From: Selaginella moellendorffii
Taxonomy: Eukaryota > Plantae > Lycopodiophyta
Assembly (NCBI RefSeq): GCF_000143415.4
Contig: NW_003314302.1
Location: forward strand, 472,707-536,706
Direction of reading: 5' to 3'
DNA: 64,000 bases
A model generated the notes under the pieces. It was given only the letters and a program-made list of their open reading frames with translations, was not told the DNA's origin and made no database searches. A program made the position numbers and the translations under genes. This document shows, piece after piece, positions 13,171 through 23,615 of this stretch (position 1 is the stretch's first letter; every line of letters starts with the position of its first letter).

Positions 13171-15174
13171 ATGATCGATCGTCGCGGCGCCAGGAAATCT
13201 GTTAGTACTTTCTTCGCGGCATCGAGATCTTGCCTCGATCCCGAGCTGTCAGCGAGATTCCTCCTGTGGAGCCGAAATCGCGAGCAACAGGAAGACAATC
13301 CCCTCGTCTTGGCCGCATTGAGGGCGTGTAGGAGATTGAAGGACTTGGAGAGCGGCAAGAGGATCCACTGGAATCATCTCCGGCGACGAGGTACGAGCAT
13401 TTACATCTCCACGTCGCTGTTTGATATGTACGCCAAATGCCACAGCTTGGGAGACGCCTGTGCGGTGTTCCAGAGAATGCCGTGCCACGCCTTGGTTTCC
13501 TGGAACGCTTTCTCGCTGGGGCTCGTGGAAAATGGCGAGAACGAGCTAGCTCTCGAGTTCTTCCAGAGGCTCGTGCAAGGAAGCTGTGCGATGGATGCTA
13601 GAACTTTTGTGTCCGCGCTGATGGCTTGCGCTGGCTTGGCGGAGCTTGATCATCGCGCGAGATGGTGCTTGGAGAAAGGTATGGAGATTCATTCCTTAGC
13701 TGCGAAGAGAGGCTGTGACTTGGATAAGTTTGTGGTTGCCAGTTTGGTCGATTTGTACGCGAAGTGTGGGAGCATGGAGGAAGCGCGAGAAGTTTTCGAG
13801 AAGGCTACACAGCGTGATGTGGTGTTGTGGACTGCTTTGATTTTCGGTTACGTAGAGAACGGCCAGTGCGAAGTGGCTATGGAGCTCTACGAATCCATGA
13901 AAGGTGAAAGTTGTGTGCCAAATGCGAGGACGTTTGTTGCGGTTCTCATGGCGTGTGGTGCTTTGGCAGAGAAAGAAGCTGGCGTGGAGTCAAACGGGAG
14001 GGCCGTGAAGCTCAAGAGCTTGGAAACATGTTTCACCATCCACGCTCGAGCTTTGGAGGGGAGCTGCAACGCAAACTTGGACTGCTTCGTGGCAAGTAAT
14101 TTGGTCGATGTGTATGCCAAGTCTGGAAGCTTGCTTGACGCTCGAGCTGTTTTTGACAGGATGCCTGAGCACGACGTTGTGCTGTGGACGTGTCTGATCC
14201 TTGGATGCGTGCAAAACGGCGAGAGCGAGGTCGCTCTGGAGCTTTACGAGTGCATGGAAGCGCAAGGTTGTGCGAGAAACTCTCGAAGTTTTGTAGCCGG
14301 ACTAATGGCTTGCGCTTGTTTGGCCGCGCAGGAAGAGAGCGATGAGATCATCCATTGGAAGGTCAAGAATCTGGAAAAGTCTCTCCGGATCCACTCTCAA
14401 GCAGCGAAAGCCGTCCAACTCGGTGATATCTTCCTCTCCAGCGCCCTGGTCGACACTTACGCAAAGTGTAAGAGCATGCTGGACGCTCGAGCGTTGTTCG
14501 ACCAGATGAAGCATCACGACGTCGTGTCGTGGACCTCGTTGCTACTGGGATATGCTGAGACGGGGGAGAGCAAGATGGTTTTGGAGCTGTTCAAAGCTTT
14601 TGAATGCACAGGGCTGGAAGCAACGCTGCCAACCTTTGCAGCGGTGCTGATGGCTTGCGGGACTTTGGTGGATCTGGAAACCGGAAGGGAAATCCATGCT
14701 GGGATCTGCAAGAGGGGACTGGAGAGCAGCAGCGTCACAAACAGTGTCATCGATTTCTACGGCAAGTGTGGAAGTATAGCCGTTGCTCAGCACATCTTTG
14801 ATTCTGCTGTGATATCCAGGGACGTGGTTTTGTGGAACACGCTGATAGCAGGCTATAGTCACCAAGGCGATGCAGCCAAAGTGGTGGAGATCTTTGGTAA
14901 CGTGCTAGAGGAGGGCGTCAGGCCGGATGGATTTACGTTCCTCTCGGTTATCGCGGCGTGCAGTGCCGCGGGATGGATCGAGCAGGGCCGGAAGTTTTTC
15001 CAGGAGATGTGGAGGTATGACATAGCTCCAGGCCTTCGCCACTACTCGAGCATGGTGGACTTGTTTGGTCGGGCGAGCTCTCTTGAGGAAGCGGTAGCAG
15101 TGGAGCGAGCCATGCCTTTCAAGCACGATCAAGTAGCACGCACGACATTGTTGGCAGCCAGTTTGCGTGATTAA
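13171..15174 (+). CDS. PLS-class pentatricopeptide repeat protein, ending in a partial E domain
   Basis: 667-aa intronless ORF with repeated LVDxYAKCGS...A..VF / DVVLWTALI.GY / P...TF..VL.AC triplets. Ends HYSSMVDLFGRA...MPFKHD...TLLAA. Confidence 0.95.
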   Translation: MIDRRGARKSVSTFFAASRSCLDPELSARFLLWSRNREQQEDNPLVLAALRACRRLKDLESGKRIHWNHLRRRGTSIYISTSLFDMYAKCHSLGDACAVFQRMPCHALVSWNAFSLGLVENGENELALEFFQRLVQGSCAMDARTFVSALMACAGLAELDHRARWCLEKGMEIHSLAAKRGCDLDKFVVASLVDLYAKCGSMEEAREVFEKATQRDVVLWTALIFGYVENGQCEVAMELYESMKGESCVPNARTFVAVLMACGALAEKEAGVESNGRAVKLKSLETCFTIHARALEGSCNANLDCFVASNLVDVYAKSGSLLDARAVFDRMPEHDVVLWTCLILGCVQNGESEVALELYECMEAQGCARNSRSFVAGLMACACLAAQEESDEIIHWKVKNLEKSLRIHSQAAKAVQLGDIFLSSALVDTYAKCKSMLDARALFDQMKHHDVVSWTSLLLGYAETGESKMVLELFKAFECTGLEATLPTFAAVLMACGTLVDLETGREIHAGICKRGLESSSVTNSVIDFYGKCGSIAVAQHIFDSAVISRDVVLWNTLIAGYSHQGDAAKVVEIFGNVLEEGVRPDGFTFLSVIAACSAAGWIEQGRKFFQEMWRYDIAPGLRHYSSMVDLFGRASSLEEAVAVERAMPFKHDQVARTTLLAASLRD

Positions 15175-16597
15175 GTTCCATTCATATAAAGGTTTATGAA
15201 TTTAAATTTCCGTTTTATATTTATCAAAAGGAAATGTGAATATATTCTAGGATGTAAGGATAAAAGAAATATTTTGGAAGGATTAAAATTGAGCCTGCGG
15301 AGATGAAGAAAACAATTGAAAGCTAAAACACTGACTTATATTTACAAGATATCTACAGCTGCAAAAGAAATTTTTGTTTTAGATGATACCTTCTAATGGC
15401 AGTATTTTCCTCTTAGCCTAAAACATGATGTTGAACTCTCTAGATCGAATGCTCCAGATCCATATGCATTCAAGGTTTTCATCATTTGCCATATGGCACT
15501 GGAGTTTTAGACATTGGTTGTTGTAAATATCCTACTCAACCCACTTCTTAATCTCATCGTCAATTACACATGTTACAAAAAGGAGGAGCTGTTGGCATTA
15601 TAACCTATGGGCCTTGGCATCCAGTGAAGTGATGATGTGTTTCATTCCTCATTTATGGTATGTTAGAACAAAATACTGGATATAAGTTAATATATACTGG
15701 ATATTACTTTCATAAAGCATCTCTATATCTTTTTGGAGATTGCTCAGGAACTTCACCATCTCAACTTTGGCAATATCATTTGCAAACCTGTGTTGCAATA
15801 GTTTGGGAACCTCTATTTGTGTGGCATGCAATTTTACATTGTTTTGGCCAAGTGACAAGACTAATGGCATCCTAGTCTTATTTTGTTTTTATTTAAGGAG
15901 AGGGCAATACACACTATTTATTAATTCTTTGCTACTGATCTTGATAGCATTCTTATTGAAAAGGAGCTCATGAAGTAGTTTCTTTTGTTTCCATCTGTTG
16001 CTCTTACTTTTAGTGTTCTAATAAATTCACAGTTGCTAAAACATAGGAAAGGCTCCTAACTTGCAGAACCAGCAATCCATAAACAATGCTGATGGATCAG
16101 GCCCAAATACCTGATAGCCTCAAAGATCTGGAACAAGATAATTCCAGATACTCATTGAGTGACACCAATGATGACAACATATCCCATACATCAACACCAG
16201 CCCGTTGTGAATTTACTGTGGGTTTGCCAGATATATTCTATTTGATTTATATAGCAAAGTCCCTCTCACATAAAGTCTTTTAGATGTAGAAATTTTTGCA
16301 GTTGCTGGTGCAAAAAACTTCGCAAAAGGCCAGAAAAGAGACAGAGTCCAATCTTGGCTTTGGTCCTGGCCGTGGAGGTTGACAAGACATGTAAACCATT
16401 TTCGTTCCAGGGAAGAACTTGGCGAAATTCCACTCTTTTGCTTCGTCAAATCCTGAAAAAAGACTTTAACTGAATATTGTATATATACTTATCTACAGAA
16501 TGTAAAGTGCCCTCTGGAGGCAATCGTGGCGTGGCTGGGCGATTAGAGCTGTGTTCGAAGAGCTTGCGTTTTGTGCTTTGTTTTTTACTTGTGCTTG

Positions 16598-16670
16598 TCA
16601 TAGAAGAACAAAAGCTCGGGATTTGGCAGCTGCTCCTTGTCATAAAAGAACAAAGGCTCGGGATTTGGTT
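16598..16670. repeat. Two-copy ~42-bp tandem repeat
   Basis: tgtcat(ag/aa)aagaacaa(a/g)gctcgggatttgg occurs twice with ~42-bp spacing. Confidence 0.7.
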
Positions 16671-19600
16671 TTGACAGCTTTGTCTTGATCTTGTTGCTAT
16701 AATTGCTTTTCATTGTCCTTGAGCATTCTTAGTGTTTCAGGTGACTGAAATACACATATATCATTAAGATAAGTTAGAAGATCTCACCTTGAAAAGCAAA
16801 TGAGCCAAGCCTCGTGAGGTGAAAGAGTCGAGCTGCTGACGAGTTTCACTTTCTTTTGAAGGAATCGTCACGCTGGATGCTGCTTGGCAGTAAAAGAAAA
16901 GAAATCAAATGATCATGTAAAGCACGGGAACTGGAATTTCGGCAGGAGTAGCTGAGAATTTGCTCTCGAAATCGGTGTTAGAGGTAAAGGTGAGTGCATC
17001 CTACATATCAGTTTTCTCCTCGTGGTTTACAAGAAAAAAGAAAACTTACCAAGTCGCAAAGAAATCCTACAATATTTGTATCTAAACTACAGACTCAAAT
17101 TTTGTTGTTAAACTTTCTCTATGTTTAATATTACTTACCAAACCAGAGACCCTCTTGTTTTCCTGATATCCTGGCAATATTTCCTTCTCTTTCTACAATT
17201 GAGTGATTCTTCTTTCTTTCCTCTATCAGCACAGCGGCAAGATTGATTGGAATGGGAGAGGCGCTGTGGAGAAATCGAGGCACATGCCGACACTACAAGC
17301 TCCAGGTAAGAGATTCTTCCCATGTGTGGAGAATGTTCTCTTTGTTCTTTAGTGTGGATGTTATGTTGAAGGTGGAAGCTTGGGAAACGCTGCCTTGAAG
17401 GTAAGCTACGAATTTTCCTCTCCAATTTTTTCTTCCAGGTGATTGTTTCGCAAGAATGTGATAATTGAAATCTGGGCCGTCCATTGGATAATGTATGTAC
17501 AATCTAGACCGGTGCATTTCAAAAAATCTGGACCGTTAACATATGGCAATTAACTGGTGATGTGGCACATTTGTGGCAAGACGAAATATGTGTGATTATG
17601 CACCTAAAATTCAACATTGGGTAATGGGTTACATATGTATATTAGATTTATATAGAAACTAAAAGAGAAGAGAAAAAGGGGATATAAGAAAATTGTTCAC
17701 TTGGTCCTAACTTGCTCATCCTCTGTATTAAAGAGAAAATTGCTTAGTTGTAAACCTCCAATCCATCCATTAGAGGAAGTACCACATGAGAAACAAAAGG
17801 TTAATGCTAGTCATCTCTTATTCTTTTGAAGAAGCTAGAATCTAGTGCTCCCTTTAATCCATTTGATAAATCCATCATAAGATCAAAAGATTGCAGTGTC
17901 AATCTCTATATTAGATTCAGCACTCTATAGAAGGACATATGTGTGCATTAGATAGTAATTGACCATTTTAATTAGCAATTTGCTTGATTGGGCAAATTTT
18001 ATTTATTTTACATTAGCCAATGTTGTTGCAAAACACTAATGGCAAGTAAATGTATATGACTAACTTGATTTTCAATTTCAACATTTGGATTTTGTTCTTT
18101 AGTTTTTCAGAAGTAAAAACTTTAAAAATATCTTTAAAATCTTTTAGTTTCAGAAATATCTCTTTTTCCCTTTTTCTCTCACATTAAAATTATGTTTTAA
18201 TCAATTCATTTATAAACCAATATAAAATATCTCTAAGTTTTTATTAAAAAATTAATGGTTATGTAGTGAATAGATCTTATAGTAAGAAATTATTTTTATC
18301 AATGAATAATAAAATGTATTTATAATATAATTTCAGCTCAAAATTTTATAAAGATATTTTATTTTTGGTTAAAAGTATACTTAAAAAAATTAATTAACTA
18401 AGTTTTTAGAATAAATTATTAAATATAAGGTTAGAGATTTAATCATGATACAACTACTTGGTATTTAGAGTTTTTAGGAACTAAATTTGAATTATTCAAC
18501 TATTATTTTTACCTTCTATAATATTTATTTTTTCATCCTCTTTATATAACTATAGAAGTTTAATATCCCATACTTTTAAACTTTTTATCACTTTGCAACA
18601 CATTTTTAGATATCCCTATAGTATTGTATTTATTGATTCCATGTGAAATATATTTATTTGTTCTTTCAAAGTATAGTTGATGAACTTAACACCACTTTTT
18701 TCACCTATTATATTAAATTAATATTTATATTAAAAAATATTTTTTATGTTTGTAATTGTTCAATTGTCTTATATCTAAGATTTCATCAATTATTTTAATG
18801 GGAAATAATTTTATAATGACTTGATAAATAAATTTTTTTATCCTCTTTTACAAATTAAAGTGAATAAATGATAGAAGTGGTGTTTCAGTGTTAATATTAT
18901 TTTTAATTTTTATATATATATATATAATGCTACTTTTGAGAATAATACATGTTATAGCAAAGTTTAAAGCATAATGACCTATTAGAGTGGAAATATGAAT
19001 AAATTAATAAATAGTCTTTTGTAAGTTTAATATCTCAATTAATTATTTAATTAATTAAATTAAAAGTGAGTTTTAATAAAGTTATTATTTTTACATGAAT
19101 CTTTATAATAAATTTAATTTTTATTTTATTTAATATATTGATAATACAAGCAAATATGTATACAGTTAGTAGTTTGTGAGCTATAATCCAGCTGAAAAAT
19201 ATAATAAAATAACCTTTATAATGGAATTTATATTTATATTTCTTAAATTAAATGGAGTTTTAAGGTTTCTTAACAGTAGGCGAAAAAATTGCTTTCATTG
19301 ACAAATGCTGGTCGTTTTTTCAACACATTTGCCACTATAGTCTTATAATCACCTTGTTGGTGTCCAAGTGGCAAGGCACAGCAACCATGGCCAAAGAGAT
19401 ATAACTGGAGCTCATCTTCATTTTTCTTACGGAGAGAAGCAATTTTTGCTTAGCTGAGAGCATCAGTCACCTTGTAAGTTAGCTTTAGAATCGTTCCTTT
19501 TGAGCTGGATAGAAAAAGCAATTAGGATTGACAAGCAAGGGAATGATTAGGAGTACCTTGGAGTTCTTCGGTAGTCTGCACTGTTCTTCTTAAAGCAGGA

Positions 19601-19722
19601 AGAGCTTCCTCTCGGAGATGGCGCTGTACACTCAAGACAAGCTAACAAAATTGTTCTGCACCTCACAAGAATTTAGAAAAGAAGAGAGCAGTGACGCTAC
19701 GAATCAAAGTACCTGGAGAGGC

Positions 19723-22700
19723 TCATCGCGGATCTGGAGAGCCCATCGTCTCTGAGAATGCCGGGGAGATGTCGAACTGCTTAGAGAGGCCGGAGGGATT
19801 GGAGTCGATGGAGGCCATGAACTGCGACGCGTTGTTCTCGATGATGAGAGCGTCTTCCAGCTCGCGGACGATGTCGGACATGGACGGCCTCCGGCTGGAA
19901 TGAGGTTGGACGCTCAGCATCGCGACTTCCAGCACTCTCCACATCGCCTCCGGACTGTAGCTGGAGCTGATGCTCGAGTCGACTATGGCTTCGATGTTTG
20001 TGTCTTGGATGTATGGTCTTGCCTGCAAAAATTTAGTAAATCTTTAGAGTCCATCTAAAACTCATGCGGTAGATATATTATCCTACCCATTCAACCAAGC
20101 TCCACTCCGACCGAGGACGGTCGATGCTCAGTGGCTCACGGCCACAGATGACTTCTAAAAGGACCACTCCAAAGCTATAGACATCACTTTTAACTGTGAG
20201 TTCTTGTGTCAAATAATATCTGGAAAAAACAGTGAGCAAGTTTGTTTCACAGCAATGCAGAGGTTTATGACTTACTCCGGGTCTAAATAGCCAGCGGTTC
20301 CACGAACTTCCAAAGAGACAACACTATCGCCGTCTTGAGGAGCAAACTTTGAAAATCCAAAATCTGCAACCTTTGCTGTCATGGATTGATCTAACAAAAT
20401 GTTACTGGACTTAATATCCCTGTGTATAATTGATAAGTCCCCTCCAGCGTGAAGGAACGAGAGACCTGTTATAAACACATGTGTGACAACCTCGAAAGAA
20501 AAAGAATGCGTTTTTAACCTTTGGCAGCACCAAGAGCTATAGACAATCTCGTTGGCCAGTCGAGAGGCTTTCGCTTGAAACCTTCGCCTGTTTAGCAAGT
20601 GTCAAGTAGGCAAATGCATATGTTGCATACTTACCATACAATCTATCCTGTAGAGATCCATTTGGCATGTAAGGATATATAAGAATCTCTTGTTCATCTT
20701 CCGCACAGAAACCAAGCAGTGGAACGAGGTTTTCATGCTGAATTCTTGAGAGAAGATTGAGCTACATAACATTGACACACTTCGATACTGAAACGATGAA
20801 AACAAGCTTGGTAGTACCTCTGTGTTGAACTCACGAGTTCCTTGTATTGAGCTTGACGATCTAGCCTTCACAGCTACAGCTTGACCAGAGAGTGTGCCGT
20901 AGAAAACAGTGCCAAATCCACCTTCACCAATCACAGTCTTGTAACAATTGGTCGCATTGACCACCTCTTTCAGAGAAAGACGGCGTATGTGATTTGACTC
21001 TTTTGCATCTTTGGCAATTGTCGTCACATCTGCAGGTCTACTGTCAGCTCCAAAAACAATAAAAGAGAGAAAAAGCAAGCCTTTCTTACATTGTGGCGTT
21101 GCTTTCAACTGGCTGTTCGCACTGAATGCCACAATATCTACCAGCTTCATTTTGCGCTTGCGAATGGCAAAAAATAAGCACCCAGCCATGACAACCAAGA
21201 GGATTGCAAAGCCGCCAGCAAATCCAGCAATGAAAAACTTCGTCAAACTATGGCCCTTTGCATCCTCACCCCAGCCTAGTAGCAACTGGTTCCCAGAAAA
21301 TCTGAAATATTCTATCGTAAGAATGAAAAACTGGGGAAGTCCGCAATGCTCACGTAAAGTTCACCATTTTGCGAAGGTCAGATGGTATATATCCCCCCAA
21401 GTCATTATTGTCCAAGTGCCTACCACAAATATATTGATCAGCCAACAACGACAGCGTCATGTTATACTTACAGCACCGCAAGCTTTGGCATATGTCCCAA
21501 ATACTCAGGAATCGTCCCGTTTAGGTTGTTATTTTCAAGTCCCCTGTGCAAGAAATCAACTCTTGAGGTGGCTTATCAATGGGAAACGAACTCACAGTGT
21601 CGTCAAATTCTTAAGGGAAGAAAAGTCGGGAATTTCTCCAGTGAACATGTTTTCGTCCAGTTGCCTGTCAACCGCAAGTCACATACTGTTGCAAAACACA
21701 AATGCGTAACTTACAGAATTTCTAGATCCTCCAATCTGCTTAAACTGGTTGGAACAGAACCATTTAGACCTTTTCCTTCGAGATTTCTGTTCAGAGAATT
21801 AAAACTTAGAAGCTTGAAAATATGGGTACGTACTCACACTTCAACTATAGCTGGCCCTCCGCTTCTCATGTCGCAGTTAATGCCATCCCAGTTTGTCTGC
21901 AACGGAAGGCACGGATCTCCCGACCACTGCAATTTAGATCGGTACATTCCCTTCAAAGGCAGCAAAGCACCAACTACAAGGAAGAACCAAAGTTAGCACC
22001 TTCGACGCTCACTGGGAAGAAAAGAGAACATTACCATCGCGTTTCAAGGTTCCAGCTGCCTTTTTGACAATATGATACGCCTCAAGAGCATTCAACATGG
22101 GACCCCTTCGACTTGTATCATTGGCAATAAGCGAGATATTCAGTGTCGGGCTCGCAAGCACTTCGAAACATAGCTTATATCCGGCCAAGCCAGATATTTC
22201 CTGAATATCTAAGTTCCTGCGAATCATTTGATGGTTTGCAAGCACGTCAAAAATTCGATCACCAGGCCTCAGTAATGGCTCCAGCTCCAAAAAGTGCAGA
22301 CAAACGTAGAAGTCAAGGTCAGAGCTTTCGACGTGGAATACATATTGTAAAGCGTTATCCGAGGTCGCTGCAGTATCCATTACGATCTTTGGAACGTGAT
22401 CATAAAAGTCGCTGCCAACGCTTCCGTTGACGAACTTATCCGATCGAGATATATCTGTAGACCATATCAAATCTGATGGATCGACAGGGTACCTGAAATA
22501 TTGCTTGAGTACCGAGAGTTAACATCAAAGCTTGATCTGTTTACCTGATGTTTTTGTCCCAGTTCGCAACGTCTAAACGGGCGATTGTCTCCAGGATGCC
22601 ATCGGGAAGAAAGAAATTCACCAAAGGCCGGAGTTCCAATGATGATATCACAGGTTTCATACTTGCCGAGAGAGCAATAAGGCAGTAGCTCACTTCTTGA

Positions 22701-23258
22701 GCATCAGCTGTGAAAATTGCCTCGGCATGCTTGACATCATCCGTGAAAGTAACTTTGTGGATCAAAGTCGCGTCCAGGGAGATACTAAACGATGGCGGAG
22801 AGCCTTTCGTGTCATAGTTTCCATAGAAGAACGTCCCTCGGATCAAGTAAATAGTTCCGGGTGTAACTGGCAGCTTGTAGCAGCTCTTAGTATCGTCAAA
22901 GTACCTGAGGTGATCATAGAGCTTATGGTCGAAGCCATTCGCGGGTCCTAAATTCGCCTTGTCTCCTGGAACAAAAACCGGTCGTCCAAATCCATCAGCG
23001 TAAGCGTCATCGGGTATCCAGGTGAGGTTGTGAGAATCCAAAAAAGCGTTGTCACTTCCGCAAGCAAGACTGATAAAGCTCGCGTTCACAGCTGCGGAAA
23101 AAAAAAAAGCGTGAGAGACGAGCGTAAAGACATAGTAGTCAAAGACATAGAAAGTAACACCAAATTTGCATACCTCCTTGCGAGTTAGCAGCACAGAGCG
23201 TCAAGCGCACGAATAGAAGAAAAATTACTGTGAGATTCTCATAGACGCTGATGGCCAT
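19723..23258 (-). CDS. SYMRK: Malectin-like/LRR receptor kinase, SYMRK/DMI2/NORK orthologue-like, multi-exon
   Basis: Signal-peptide exon [26 protein letters not shown], malectin-like domain (FISLACG...[13 protein letters not shown]...ISSLELRP), WSGDPC motif, LRR exons and a TM helix. The kinase has SYMRK-type signatures [59 protein letters not shown] and [17 protein letters not shown]. Confidence 0.9.
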
Positions 23259-23615
23259 AAGGAAGAATGTCAGCAATCCCCTGTTCCAGCAGCTGGCAGG
23301 ATCGGAAGCTCCCGCATCTTGGATCGATCGATGCCGCAGCTTTCCAAGAGGAATTTGGAGCCGCGGATTGTGGAGCGCCAGAAATTGAGAATGTAAGAGC
23401 TTGCGACTGACCTCAAGACCTCAAGAACGCCGTGATCGCCATCGCCAGGGCGAGTGCTTCAGCCCTAAAGCCCCGACAACGCGAACTACGATGTCATCGC
23501 CAGCTTGACGGAATATCCATACGAAAACTGACGGTGTTGGCGGTACTATTCAAAAACCGAATATGCTTTTTGGGTGTAGGGTTTTAGCTAGGGTTCTTTC
23601 TTCGCTCCTGGAAAT

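Noticed and set aside
17600-19300. Very AT-rich tract considered as a MITE/Helitron or organellar insertion
   Set aside because: No clear termini, TSD or gene remnants could be identified by eye.
21011-21996. Two >200-aa plus-strand ORFs opposite SYMRK
   Set aside because: Antisense to well-defined exons and introns, with no recognisable protein features.
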